Origin: Armatimonadota bacterium | Lineage (GTDB): Bacteria > Armatimonadota > SYMT01 | Direction of reading: 5' to 3' | Assembly: GCA_041690135.1 (NCBI GenBank) | Contig: JAWLHY010000015.1 | Location: 128,001-192,000 of the forward strand | Length of the DNA stretch: 64,000 nucleotides | Shown here: piece after piece, positions 8,917 to 18,621 of the stretch | How positions within the stretch are numbered: position 1 is the first letter of the stretch | How the letters are laid out: each line of letters begins with the position of its first letter | The notes under the pieces: generated by a model | Databases searched by the model: none | What the model saw: only the letters and a program-made list of their open reading frames with translations | Told to the model about the DNA's origin: nothing | Made by a program: the position numbers and the translations under genes

Positions 8917-11547
8917 ATGATGCGCACCAGTAACGAGCTTCGGCAGCTTTTCCTCGAGTTCATGGAGAGCAAGGGGCACAAGATCCTGCCCGGTATCTCC
9001 CTCGTCCCCACCGACCCGTCGATCTTCCTCACGACGGCCGGCGTGGTGCCGTTCCAGGCCATGCTGGAAGGGCGGGAGCCGGCTCCGTACCCCCGCATCG
9101 CCACCTGCCAGCGCTGCTGCCGGACCACCGACCTGGAGAGCGTCGGGAAGTTCGCACGGTATCACACATTCTTCGAGATGCTGGGCAACTGGTCGTTCGG
9201 CGACTACTTCAAGCGCGAAACGCTCACCTGGGGCTGGGAGTTCATTACCGAGGTCCTGGGCATCGATCGGAACCGGATCTGGGCGACCGTCTTCGGCAAC
9301 CACGAGCAGTACCCGGACGACGACGAAGCCTACGACATCTGGCTGAACGTGATCGGGTTACCGGCGGAGCGCATCATCAAGCTGCCGGATAACTGGTGGG
9401 GACCCGTGCTGGAGACCGGCGCCTGCGGCCCGGACAGCGAAGTCTACTTCGACCTGGGCCCGGAGTTCGGCTGCGGCTCCGCGGAGTGCAAGCCGGGCTG
9501 CGACTGCGACCGCTACCTGGAGTTCTGGAATCACGTTTTCACCCAGTACTACAAGCACGCCGACGGAAGCTTCACACCCCTTCAGAACCAGAACATCGAC
9601 ACGGGCATGGGCCTGGAGCGCCTGACCTGCGTCGTCCAGAACAAGCGGCATGTCTACGAGACCGACCTCTTCGCTCCGATCATGGAGCGCGTGGAGGAGG
9701 TTCTTACGCGCGCCACCGGCAGCGCGGGCGATCCGGATGACTGGCGCAAGCGCGTGATCGCGGACCACACCCGCGCGGCGACGTTTATGGTGATGGACGG
9801 CATCTACCCGGCCAACACCGGCCGCGGCTACGTGCTGCGGCGGATCATCCGCCGGGCCGCCACCTTCGGCTTCCTGCTGGGCGTCAAGCAGCCGTTCATC
9901 CACGAGATCGTTCCCCAGGTCATCGAGAAGATGAAGACCGGGTACCCGGAACTGGCGGAAAAGCAGGAAGTGATCCTGCAGCAGATCCGGAAGGAAGAGA
10001 ACCAGTTTGCCAGCACCCTGGACCGGGGCGTACCACGCTTCCTGGATCGGGCGAAGTCCGGCGGCATCATCGACGGTCACTTTGCGTTCGACATTTACCA
10101 GCAGGACGGCGTCCCGTTCGAGGTGATGCAGGAACTCGCCGCCGAGTACGCGGCCACCATCGACGAAGAAGGGTACGGCCAAGCGCGCGACGACCATGCG
10201 GCGAAGTCCGGCAAGGGCTCCGCGGTCAAATCGAACTTCCAGGCGCTCAACGTGCCCGCGACGGAGTTCGTCGGCTACGACGGCACCGAGGGGGAAGGCG
10301 AGGTGCTGCTGCTGCTCCACGAGGGCGAGACGGTCGATTCCCTGGAGCCGGGCGAGGTCGGTTGGGTCGTACTGGACCGCACCCCGTTCTACGGCGAGAG
10401 CGGCGGCCAGATCGGCGATACCGGCCGGATGCTGGCGGGGGAGGGGGGCGTCTCCGCGTTGGCGACCGTCCTCGATACCCAGAAGCAGGGCCAGGTGTTC
10501 CTCCACGCCGTCCGTGTGGAGCAGGGACGCATCCACCCCGGCATGCGGCTGGAGACGGAGGTCGACGGGGAGCGGCGCGAGGCGATCCGGCGCGCCCACA
10601 CGGCGACCCACCTCCTGCACGCCTCACTGCGGCAGGTGCTAGGCCCCCACGTGGTCCAGCGCGGCTCCATTGTCGAGCCCGATACCCTACGCTTCGACTT
10701 CGCGCACGACCAGGCGATGACCCCGGAGGAGATCCAGCAGGTCGAGGCGATCATGAACGCGCAGGTCCTGCGGGACACGCCCGTCTCCATCGACTACCGC
10801 ACCCAGGGCGAGGCGCGCGACATCGGCGCGATGATGCTCTTCGGCGAGAAGTACGGGGAGATCGTCCGCGTGGTGCAGGTACCCGGCTTCAGCGTGGAGC
10901 TCTGCGGCGGCACCCACGTGCCCCGGACCGGCACCATCGGCCTGATCAAGATCACCAGTGAGGGGAGCGCGGCGGCGGGCATCCGGCGCGTCGAATGCAC
11001 CACCGGCATGGGTTCGCTGGAGTACCTCCAGGCGCAGACGGCAAAGCTCCGCGAAATCGCGGAAGCCCTCGGCGGACCGGTGGACCAGATCCTGGGCCGC
11101 ATCGGCTCGCAGAAGGACCAGATCTCCCAGCTCCGTCGCCAACTCGACGAGGCCCGGCGCTCCGCGGCGGGCGGCGCGCTCGAGCGGCTGCTCGCGGACC
11201 GGGTGGAAGTGAAGGGCGTCCCGGTTGTCGCCGCGCAGGCGGACTCCGGCGATCCGGCGGCCGTGAAGACCCTGGTCGACCAGTTGGCCGAGCGCCTGAA
11301 GAACGGCGTGGTGGTGCTGGCCGGCGCCACTGACGGCAAGGGGATCATCGTCGCCAAGGCGACCCCCGATGCGGTCGCGCGCGGCGCCCACGCCGGCAAC
11401 CTGGTCCGTGAGGTGGCGAAGATCGCCGGCGGCGGCGGTGGCGGCCGTCCCGAGTTCGCCCAGGCGGGTGCTCGCGACGTCTCCAAGATCGAGGAAGCCC
11501 TCGACGCCGTCTCGTCGCTCCTGGAGGCCCAGATCAAGTCGGATTAG
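8917..11547 (+). CDS. alaS: Alanine--tRNA ligase
   Basis: HTFFEMLGNWSFGDYFK, IDTGMGLER, HTATHLL, ELCGGTH, GGGGRPEFAQAG. Confidence 0.98.
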   Translation: MMRTSNELRQLFLEFMESKGHKILPGISLVPTDPSIFLTTAGVVPFQAMLEGREPAPYPRIATCQRCCRTTDLESVGKFARYHTFFEMLGNWSFGDYFKRETLTWGWEFITEVLGIDRNRIWATVFGNHEQYPDDDEAYDIWLNVIGLPAERIIKLPDNWWGPVLETGACGPDSEVYFDLGPEFGCGSAECKPGCDCDRYLEFWNHVFTQYYKHADGSFTPLQNQNIDTGMGLERLTCVVQNKRHVYETDLFAPIMERVEEVLTRATGSAGDPDDWRKRVIADHTRAATFMVMDGIYPANTGRGYVLRRIIRRAATFGFLLGVKQPFIHEIVPQVIEKMKTGYPELAEKQEVILQQIRKEENQFASTLDRGVPRFLDRAKSGGIIDGHFAFDIYQQDGVPFEVMQELAAEYAATIDEEGYGQARDDHAAKSGKGSAVKSNFQALNVPATEFVGYDGTEGEGEVLLLLHEGETVDSLEPGEVGWVVLDRTPFYGESGGQIGDTGRMLAGEGGVSALATVLDTQKQGQVFLHAVRVEQGRIHPGMRLETEVDGERREAIRRAHTATHLLHASLRQVLGPHVVQRGSIVEPDTLRFDFAHDQAMTPEEIQQVEAIMNAQVLRDTPVSIDYRTQGEARDIGAMMLFGEKYGEIVRVVQVPGFSVELCGGTHVPRTGTIGLIKITSEGSAAAGIRRVECTTGMGSLEYLQAQTAKLREIAEALGGPVDQILGRIGSQKDQISQLRRQLDEARRSAAGGALERLLADRVEVKGVPVVAAQADSGDPAAVKTLVDQLAERLKNGVVVLAGATDGKGIIVAKATPDAVARGAHAGNLVREVAKIAGGGGGGRPEFAQAGARDVSKIEEALDAVSSLLEAQIKSD

Positions 11548-11560
11548 GGAAATCCGGATT

Positions 11561-11590
11561 GCCGAGGCAACCTACGGTGATTGCCTCGGC
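11561..11590. terminator. Hairpin directly after alaS (terminator or REP-like)
   Basis: gccgaggcaa/ttgcctcggc perfect 10-bp inverted repeat; no U-tract. Confidence 0.45.
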
Positions 11591-11780
11591 CCGGACCCCT
11601 TAAATGCAGGGGCACCCGTACACCCGGCGGAGCTAGGGCTGTGGTTGCCCACGGCATGAGGCTGATGACCCTGCGCCAAAGGGAACTCCCATGAGTGGTG
11701 GAAGCCGTAGGACCATAAGCTTCCCGTCGGGCGCTGCGTCGGACCCTGGTTTTGCCAAACCGAAGCAGATTCCAGAATCA

Positions 11781-11960
11781 TGCCCGGCGCATGCGTCGGG
11801 GGCCCCCAGGGCGTTGGAAGTCCCCGAGATATCGGGGCAATGGTGCTACTCATTGGGCGGCACATTAAGCGTAACTCGACACAACTGGAGACCACGACTG
11901 GGGTTCGGGCCGAGATATCTCTCGGACTCCGGGCAGGGGTCATCATCGGGTCCTGTTTGC
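11781..11960 (+). repeat. MITE/REP-like element family A, copy 1
   Basis: agtccccgagatatcggggc ... ctcggactccgggca shared with 21632-21756; core also at 27200 and 27731 in reverse orientation. Confidence 0.7.
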
Positions 11961-12095
11961 CGGACTTGACTTCTGGCGCATGCGCGGGGCTTGCGTCAGA
12001 AGCCAAGTCCGCGACGCACGTGCCGCATAAAAGACCGAGATCTTTTCCGATGACCAGGAATAGCGTTGGTGCAGGCTTTTAATCCCCGCGTGAGG

Positions 12096-14171
12096 ATGGC
12101 CGCCACGCTCTGGCTGCTACTTGGCTGCCTGTTGGCCCTGGGCATCCTTCCCGCCTCGGCCGCAGAGCCCCCGCGCGCCGTGCTGATCCTGCTTCCGGGG
12201 GTCGAGTCCGAGCTACTCTTCCGCGCCCTGCGGAACCCGGAGTTCCAGGTTCTCCGAGACGGAAGCGGGCTCGCGCTGATCAACGCTTCCGTGCCCGGAC
12301 CGGATACCACGGAGTCCGCCTACCTCACCCTGGGCGCGGGCCAGCGCCTCCCCTTCCCAGGCGACCTCGAACTCACGGCGAGTCCGCTGGGGAACCAGCT
12401 ACGCACCCCCGAATCGGACCTCCAGCGCATCCGTACCGCTTCATCCCGCAGCGATGCCTTCCCGGGCGCCCTGGCCACGCTCCTGAAGGAAGCGGGTCTC
12501 CCCGTCCACCTGGCACTATCCCCAGGCTACAACGCGGTCCCCGCGACACCCGCATTCCTCACCGGAATGGACAGGTGGGGCCGTTCATCCATTATCCGGG
12601 TACCCCGAAGGGGTGATCCTTCATCCTTCCCCCAGGGCCTCACCCTCCTCGACCTGCCTCCGGGCACCTCCCCTCACGAGGCGCTCACCACCGCCCTGAA
12701 GATCACCCGCATACTGGACCGGGACCGCGACCTCCTCGCCCTCGTGAGCCCGGACCCCTATCCCACAGCCAACGGGCAATGGATGCGGCTCTCACCCGTC
12801 ATGCTGTGGGGAGCGCCCTACCGGGGACAGTTTCTGCGCTCCGCCACCACGCGCACCCCGGCGCTGCTTTCCAATGTCGACCTGACTCCCACGTTCCTGG
12901 CGCACTTTGGCTTGGACATCCCCAGGGCTCTGGAAGGACATTCAGCCCAACCGGCTGGTCCGGCCAATCTCGAACGGCTGCTGGCGTTCGCGGCCTTCGC
13001 GCGCGCCAACCGCGAAGCGATGATCCCCGGTCTGGTAGGGTGGGGGATCGTGGCATTCCTGGCGGTGGTGCTTTCCTTCGGGACCCTGCTCCGAGCCGCT
13101 AGAGGGGGCGAAGTGCGCGAGCGCGTCGTCACCGCGGCCCAGGCGCTGCTGGTCGCTACCGCTTCCTTCCCGAGCGCGCTACTCCTCGCCGCCCTGGTTC
13201 CCTGGAAGCAACCGGAAAGCCTACTCGTGGGCCTGGCAGTCCTGACCCTCGTGCTTTCCGTGCTCGCCCTGGCGGCCCGGCGCCTCGGACCGCCCCTCGC
13301 GGTGCCGTATACGCTCCTGCTGGGCCTGCTGCTCTTCGATCTCTATGCGCCTACCGACATGCTCGCCCGGAACCTGATGAGCGACTTCACCAACGTCGGC
13401 GGCCGCTTCTATGGGATCGGCAACGAGTACCTGGGCCTGCTCCTGGCGGTGGCTCTGGCCGCGCCCCTCATGCTGGCGAGCGATGTGCGAAATGCGAACT
13501 CCGAAATGCGAACAGGGAGGCCTCCCGATCCCAACTCCGCCCTTACTCTTACTCTTACTCCTACTCCTACTCGCGAAGCTCTCTATCGCTCCGCGCTCTG
13601 GCTCGCCGTTCTGATCGCCGCGGGGCATCCGGCGATGGGGGCGGACTTCGGCGGCGCCCTCTCCCTGGCCCTCACGTTCCTGCTGGCAGGGTTCTTGCTC
13701 GCCGGGCGCCGGATCAAGCTGCGAGAGGTGTCTCTGGCGGTAGGGATCGCCGGGCTGGTGGCGGTGGCACTGGTGGGGGTGGACCTGATGCGCCCGCCCG
13801 GCGCGCGGACCCACGTGGGCGACCTGGCCGCGCGCGCGCTATCGGGTGGGGGAGCGGCCGTGGGGGAGATGCTCTTTCGAAAGGCGCTGCTCAACCTGGA
13901 GATGGCCCGTACCCCATACTTCCTTATCGGAGTCGGCATCGTGGCGCCTTTGTTCGGCTTCTGTTATTCTAGGCTCAGCCCGCTCTCGGTGAACGCCCTG
14001 CGCCACCGCCCCCTCGCCTGGGCCGGTATTCGTTCCGTGCTCCTCGGGGGAATAATCACCATGCTGCTCAACGACACGGGAGTGATCGCCTGGGCGCTGG
14101 CGTGCGGTGCCGCGCTACTGTGGTGGCTGGACCTGATGCTGCTGGAATTAAGGGACGCATGCGGACGATAG
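12096..14171 (+). CDS. Membrane protein with N-terminal alkaline-phosphatase-superfamily-like domain
   Basis: Signal peptide; SATTRTPALLSNVDLTPT; GGRFYGIGNEY; GADFGG; LLNDTGVIA; about 10 TM helices. Confidence 0.7.
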   Translation: MAATLWLLLGCLLALGILPASAAEPPRAVLILLPGVESELLFRALRNPEFQVLRDGSGLALINASVPGPDTTESAYLTLGAGQRLPFPGDLELTASPLGNQLRTPESDLQRIRTASSRSDAFPGALATLLKEAGLPVHLALSPGYNAVPATPAFLTGMDRWGRSSIIRVPRRGDPSSFPQGLTLLDLPPGTSPHEALTTALKITRILDRDRDLLALVSPDPYPTANGQWMRLSPVMLWGAPYRGQFLRSATTRTPALLSNVDLTPTFLAHFGLDIPRALEGHSAQPAGPANLERLLAFAAFARANREAMIPGLVGWGIVAFLAVVLSFGTLLRAARGGEVRERVVTAAQALLVATASFPSALLLAALVPWKQPESLLVGLAVLTLVLSVLALAARRLGPPLAVPYTLLLGLLLFDLYAPTDMLARNLMSDFTNVGGRFYGIGNEYLGLLLAVALAAPLMLASDVRNANSEMRTGRPPDPNSALTLTLTPTPTREALYRSALWLAVLIAAGHPAMGADFGGALSLALTFLLAGFLLAGRRIKLREVSLAVGIAGLVAVALVGVDLMRPPGARTHVGDLAARALSGGGAAVGEMLFRKALLNLEMARTPYFLIGVGIVAPLFGFCYSRLSPLSVNALRHRPLAWAGIRSVLLGGIITMLLNDTGVIAWALACGAALLWWLDLMLLELRDACGR

Positions 14172-14605
14172 CACTCGATGTGGGCGAGAAGACCGTAGGG
14201 ATTGCGGTCTCAGACGAACTGGGTATAACTGCTTCACCGCGCGAGACCCTGCGTCGCGACGGTACCGAACTGGACCGCCTGGCCGCCATGGTCGCCGCAG
14301 AGAACGTCGGCGAAGTGGTGGTGGGCCTTCCGATTTCCCTCAACGGCACCCTCGGCCCTTCCGCGCAGAAGGTGCTCGAGTTCGTGGAACAACTACGGCA
14401 GCGATTGACGATACCGGTGGTGACATGCGACGAACGGCTGACGACCGCCCAGGCGGAGAAGAGTTTGATCTCGGCGAACGTGAAGCGCGCGAAACGGCGC
14501 CAGGTGATCGACCAGGTGGCGGCGGCACTGATCCTGGAGAGTTATCTACGCCGGAAGTCCCTGGGGATGCCGTCGGAGATGGAGAGGCCGTACGACGACG
14601 AATGA
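14159..14605 (+). CDS. ruvX: Holliday-junction-resolvase-like / pre-16S rRNA nuclease YqgF
   Basis: ALDVGEKTVGIAVSD, VVGLP, DERLTT, IDQVAAALILESYL. Confidence 0.95.
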   Translation: MRTIALDVGEKTVGIAVSDELGITASPRETLRRDGTELDRLAAMVAAENVGEVVVGLPISLNGTLGPSAQKVLEFVEQLRQRLTIPVVTCDERLTTAQAEKSLISANVKRAKRRQVIDQVAAALILESYLRRKSLGMPSEMERPYDDE

Positions 14606-15642
14606 ACCCGTGGGCGCAACGAGCGATGATGACCCTCGTCACGCTCGGGCTCGTGGTTTTCGTCTTCTGGTATTCCAACCACCTGCTCTCGCCGACTCGC
14701 CGGACCGGTGAGCCGATCCGGGTCGACATCCGCCTGGGATCCAGCGCATCGGAGATCGCGCGGGCGTTGAAGTCGGCCGGGGCGATCCACAGCGAGCTGG
14801 CGTTCAAGCTGATGGCCCGCCTGTACGGCGGCGCAGAGGACATGAAAGCCGGCGAGTACCTCATCCCGCCGAACCGCGGCGTCCTCGAGATCATCGACCA
14901 ACTGGTGGCCGGCAACGCCGAAGCGCAGTGGGTGCTGATCCCGGAAGGTTACACGCTGTCGCGCATCGCCAGCTTACTGGACGAGCAACGCCTGGCGCGC
15001 GCCAATGAGTTCCTCCGCGCCGCCCGTCGCAGTCCCACCACGCTGGGCGTGGACCTTCCCGTTTCCCCTTCCGGGCTGGAAGGTTACCTGATGCCGGACA
15101 CCTATAAGTTTCCGCGCAAGGCGAGCGAGCAGGTGCTGCTGAAGGAGATGCTCCGCAACTGGCACGACAAGATCTACCAGCCGAACCGCGAGCTGTTTGC
15201 CGCCAGCACTCTCCCCGCGGAGAAGATCATTGTCATCGCCTCCATGATCGAGCGGGAGGCGCGCGTGCCGGAGGACCGGCCGCTGATCTCCTCCGTCATC
15301 CGGAACCGCCTGCAGAAGAAGATGCCGCTGCAGATCGATGCCACCGTGCTGTACGCGCTGGGCCGCCACAAGGCCAAGGTCACTTACAAGGACCTTAAGG
15401 TCAAGAGCCCGTACAACACCTACATTCAGCGGGGGCTGCCCCCGGGCCCGATCTGCAACCCGGGACAGGATGCCGTTCTGGCCGCGTTGAAGCCGGCGAA
15501 AACCGACTATCTGTACTACGTGGCGCGCCCAGATGGCAGCCACATCTTCACGCGGTCCCACCAGGAACATCTGCAGGCGATTGCCAAGGTGAAGCAGATG
15601 AAAACGGCGGACGCGGGTCTTACCGAAGCCAAGAGCCCATGA
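14602..15642 (+). CDS. mltG: Endolytic transglycosylase MltG
   Basis: N-terminal TM; LEGYLMPDTY, ASMIERE, LQIDATVLY, SPYNTY, GLPPGPICNPG; ATGA overlap with ruvX. Confidence 0.95.
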   Translation: MNPWAQRAMMTLVTLGLVVFVFWYSNHLLSPTRRTGEPIRVDIRLGSSASEIARALKSAGAIHSELAFKLMARLYGGAEDMKAGEYLIPPNRGVLEIIDQLVAGNAEAQWVLIPEGYTLSRIASLLDEQRLARANEFLRAARRSPTTLGVDLPVSPSGLEGYLMPDTYKFPRKASEQVLLKEMLRNWHDKIYQPNRELFAASTLPAEKIIVIASMIEREARVPEDRPLISSVIRNRLQKKMPLQIDATVLYALGRHKAKVTYKDLKVKSPYNTYIQRGLPPGPICNPGQDAVLAALKPAKTDYLYYVARPDGSHIFTRSHQEHLQAIAKVKQMKTADAGLTEAKSP

Positions 15643-16226
15643 TCCCGGCGCTCCACGAGTTCTGTCCCACCCTTCAGGCGGATCACGTTACGGACATCAC
15701 GAGCGACTTCCTCGCGGAGCGCGGCATCCGCGCCCTGATTCTGGACCTGGACAATACGCTGGTCCCCTGGCACGGACGCGAGGTGGACGCCCGGATCTCG
15801 GAATGGATCTCGGAACTGCAGCGCTCGGGAACGCGCCTCTGCATCGTCTCCAATACGCACCGGCCGGGCCGCCTGAAGGACCTGGCGATGCGTCTGGGCG
15901 TGCAGTGGGTGCCCTCCGGCGGTAAGCCGCGCCGCCGCGGATTCCTCCGCGCGATGGAGGCCATGGAAAGCTCCGTCGAGGTCACGGCGGTGATCGGGGA
16001 CCAGGTGATGACCGACATCTGGGGCGGCAACCGCTGCGGCCTCCTCACGATTCTGGTGGCGCCTCTCTCGCCCCGCGAGTTCATCGGCACGAAGCTCATC
16101 AGCCGCAACGTGGAGCGGTTTCTGCTAAAACTCCTGGAGAGCCAGGGTAAGCGGGCGCAGCACGTTCGAACTCTAGAGATATGCACGCAGGAGTGTCTCA
16201 AAAATGAGGTAGCCTCCGGCCGATGA
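15639..16226 (+). CDS. yqeG: YqeG-family HAD IIIA phosphatase
   Basis: LDLDNTL, VSN, KP, IGDQVMTDIWGGNRCG. Confidence 0.9.
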   Translation: MIPALHEFCPTLQADHVTDITSDFLAERGIRALILDLDNTLVPWHGREVDARISEWISELQRSGTRLCIVSNTHRPGRLKDLAMRLGVQWVPSGGKPRRRGFLRAMEAMESSVEVTAVIGDQVMTDIWGGNRCGLLTILVAPLSPREFIGTKLISRNVERFLLKLLESQGKRAQHVRTLEICTQECLKNEVASGR

Positions 16227-16528
16227 GGACTAGGATTACGACCAGGACAAGGCGTCCTGGGTAATGACGAGTTCTCAGGACTGAGGCTGCCGGATCGTGT
16301 AAGGGCGAGTTCCCTGACCAGGGGGCGGGTGGATTAGGATCAGGATGAGGATAAAGAGTTCCGTGTAATGACAGGTTCGCTGACCAGGGACGGTTGGATT
16401 GGGACCAGGATAAGGAGTCCCTGGTCATGACAGGTGCCCTGACCGAGGGGCGGATGGATTAGGACCAGGATTAGGATAAGGAGTTCCGGGTAAGAACGGG
16501 TGCCCTGACCAGGGGGCTTGCCGCGTCG
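16224..16528 (+). repeat. Tandem array of 59-66-bp units containing AGGATn hexamers (family B)
   Basis: ccctgacc (one copy cgctgacc) at 16312, 16378, 16437, 16503, each with ggggcgg.tggattaggaccaggataaggagttcc-like sequence. Confidence 0.8.
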
Positions 16529-16633
16529 CTAACGGGTTCTGTTTTTGGAGGCTGAGTGCTTCGGCATTGGGCTCATCTGCATCGTGGAAGTTGCTGCTGG
16601 TCTCTCGCTCCTCGCAATGACGATCGTGGGCAC

Positions 16634-16841
16634 TGCCTGAACGTCCAATGCCTGAACGCCTGAATGTTTACCAGTCGAGGGGTGGCCTGACCACCGGAAT
16701 GCCTAATGCCCCATGCCCGAAGTCCTATTCGCTTCATTCGCACAATTCGCGGATCGTTCCCTACCTGAATGCCTGAACGCCTGAATGCCTGGCGGACGGG
16801 ACGTCCGCGCTCCTAACGCCCAATGCCCAACGCCCAACGCC
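16634..16841 (+). repeat. Short tandem repeats (gcctgaaY octamers; cccaaYg heptamers)
   Basis: tgcctgaacg...gcctgaacgcctgaat twice; cccaatgcccaacgcccaacg. Confidence 0.7.
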
Positions 16842-17224
16842 ATATCATCATTGATGCCGACCTGAACGACGCCACCCAGGCGATGGAGATCACCTGGGGC
16901 GACCAGCATCGCAGCACTTATCCCCTCAAGTACCTGCGGGCGGAGTGCCCATGCGCCCAGTGCCGCACGGAGCGGCAGGAAGCGAAGGCGAACCCCAACC
17001 CGTTCCGGGTGCTCAACACCGGGACCAGCCCGGATAGCTGGCGGATCGCCGACCTGGAAGAGGTGGGGCGCTACGGGTTGAAGATCACCTGGGGCGATGC
17101 CCACTCCACCGGCATTTACACCTTCGAGTACCTCCGCGAGATCTGCCCCTGCGAGGCCTGCAAGGCGGCGCGTCCGGCGGACGATAAGCCGTTCGTGCAC
17201 GGCATCTATATTCCCGGATCGTAA
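16823..17224 (+). CDS. DUF971 / gamma-butyrobetaine-hydroxylase-N-like metal-binding protein
   Basis: YLRAECPCAQC, VGRYGLKITWGDAHSTGIY, YLREICPCEAC. Confidence 0.85.
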   Translation: MPNAQRHIIIDADLNDATQAMEITWGDQHRSTYPLKYLRAECPCAQCRTERQEAKANPNPFRVLNTGTSPDSWRIADLEEVGRYGLKITWGDAHSTGIYTFEYLREICPCEACKAARPADDKPFVHGIYIPGS

Positions 17225-17250
17225 CCCGGACCGTATCGGAACCCCACGTA

Positions 17251-18018
17251 GTGAAAGTCGTTGTTCTGGGCTCGGGCACCTCTCATGGGATCCCCGCCGT
17301 CGGCTGTGCCTGCCACGTTTGCGCTTCTCCGGACCCCCGCGACCACCGCAACCGGTGCTCCATTGCCGTCACCTGGCGAGACCGGTGCGTGGTGGTGGAC
17401 ACCCCGCCCGAACTACGCCAGCAAGTGATCCGCAGCCAGATCCGCCGCATCGACGCCCTGTTCTTCACCCATTCCCACGCGGACCACATCTTCGGCCTGG
17501 ACGATATCCGCCGCTTCAACGAGATGCAGCAGGTCGACATGCCGGTGTTCGCCCGCCCCGAAACGCTCCAGGATATCGAGCGGTCCTTCCGCTATGTGTT
17601 CATCCCCACGCAGCTCGGCGGCGGGAAGCCGCGCCTGGCCCTCACGCCGCTGACGGGCGCGCGGCTGGAGTGGGAAGGGCTCTCCATCGAGGCAATCCCG
17701 GTGTACCACGGGGAGCTGGAGGTGCTGGCGTACCGGTTCGGAGACTTCGCCTACGTCACCGACGTGAGCCGGATCCCCACCGAGTCCATGGAACGGCTGC
17801 GGGGTCTCGATATCCTGATGCTGGGCGCGCTGCGCTGGGAGCCGCACACCACGCATTTCAACATCGAGCAGGCCCTGGAAGTCGTGCGGGAGCTGCGGCC
17901 GCGCCGCACCTTCTTCACCCACCTGGCCCACAACCTGTTGCACGCGGAAACCGAGAGCCGTTTACCCGCCGGGGTCCGGCTGGCCTATGACGGCCTGATC
18001 CTGGACCTCCCCGACTAG
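17251..18018 (+). CDS. MBL-fold metallo-hydrolase (PhnP-like)
   Basis: LGSGTSHGIP..GC.C.VC; THSHADHIFGLDD; YVTD; THLAH. Confidence 0.9.
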   Translation: MKVVVLGSGTSHGIPAVGCACHVCASPDPRDHRNRCSIAVTWRDRCVVVDTPPELRQQVIRSQIRRIDALFFTHSHADHIFGLDDIRRFNEMQQVDMPVFARPETLQDIERSFRYVFIPTQLGGGKPRLALTPLTGARLEWEGLSIEAIPVYHGELEVLAYRFGDFAYVTDVSRIPTESMERLRGLDILMLGALRWEPHTTHFNIEQALEVVRELRPRRTFFTHLAHNLLHAETESRLPAGVRLAYDGLILDLPD

Positions 18019-18066
18019 AGACAGCCTGCACGAAATCGGTTAAGATAGGGCCCGGGCATTTGATCT

Positions 18067-18474
18067 ATGCAACTACGAGCCATCTGCAAGTCCAAGATCC
18101 ACCACGCCACGGTCACCGAGGCGAACGTCGAGTACATCGGCAGCATCGCCATCGACAGTGACCTGCTGCGGCTGGCGGACATCGTTCCGGGAGAGAAGGT
18201 CGCCGTCTGGAACGTCACCAACGGCGAGCGGGTAGAGACGTATGCGCTGCCCGCGCCGGCCGGTTCCGGGCAGATCCTGGTGAATGGAGCCGCAGCCCAT
18301 CGGTTCAGCCCTGGCGACAAGGTGATCGTAGCGGCCTTCGTGCTGACCGACGAGATCATCACCCCGCACATGATCCTGGTAGACGGCCAGAACCGGTTCG
18401 TCGACTGGCTCGGCGATAACCGCATGCCGGACTGGTCCCTTCAGGACCTGGCTACTCCCGCTCCCGAGCTGTAG
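18067..18474 (+). CDS. panD: Aspartate 1-decarboxylase
   Basis: KSKIHHATVTEANVEYIGSIAID (G-S cleavage site), NGERVETY, NGAAAH. Confidence 0.95.
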   Translation: MQLRAICKSKIHHATVTEANVEYIGSIAIDSDLLRLADIVPGEKVAVWNVTNGERVETYALPAPAGSGQILVNGAAAHRFSPGDKVIVAAFVLTDEIITPHMILVDGQNRFVDWLGDNRMPDWSLQDLATPAPEL

Positions 18475-18481
18475 TCCTGCG

Positions 18482-18518
18482 ATTGCAAATTGAGAATTGC
18501 AAATTGCAAATTGCAAAT
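18482..18518. repeat. Heptamer tandem repeat (attgcaa)n
   Basis: attgcaaattgagaattgcaaattgcaaattgcaaat. Confidence 0.85.
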
Positions 18519-18551
18519 CTGAATTAGCAGATACGCTCTCGGCTCTCGTAA

Positions 18552-18580
18552 TTGACGGACAAGCACCGTCTTGTTATACT
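18552..18580 (+). promoter_or_regulatory. Sigma70-type promoter of the thi operon
   Basis: TTGACG-17 bp-TATACT with extended TG. Confidence 0.8.
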
Positions 18581-18621
18581 GGCCTGGCTATTCTGGGAGA
18601 TAAATTCCCATCAATTGGCGA

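Noticed and set aside
11660-11700. Hammerhead ribozyme (CTGATGA followed by a stem)
   Set aside because: The required GAAA after stem II is absent (GAAC), and stems I and III are not evident
16224-16528. CRISPR array
   Set aside because: The whole units resemble each other, there are no unique spacers or constant repeat, and no cas genes are present
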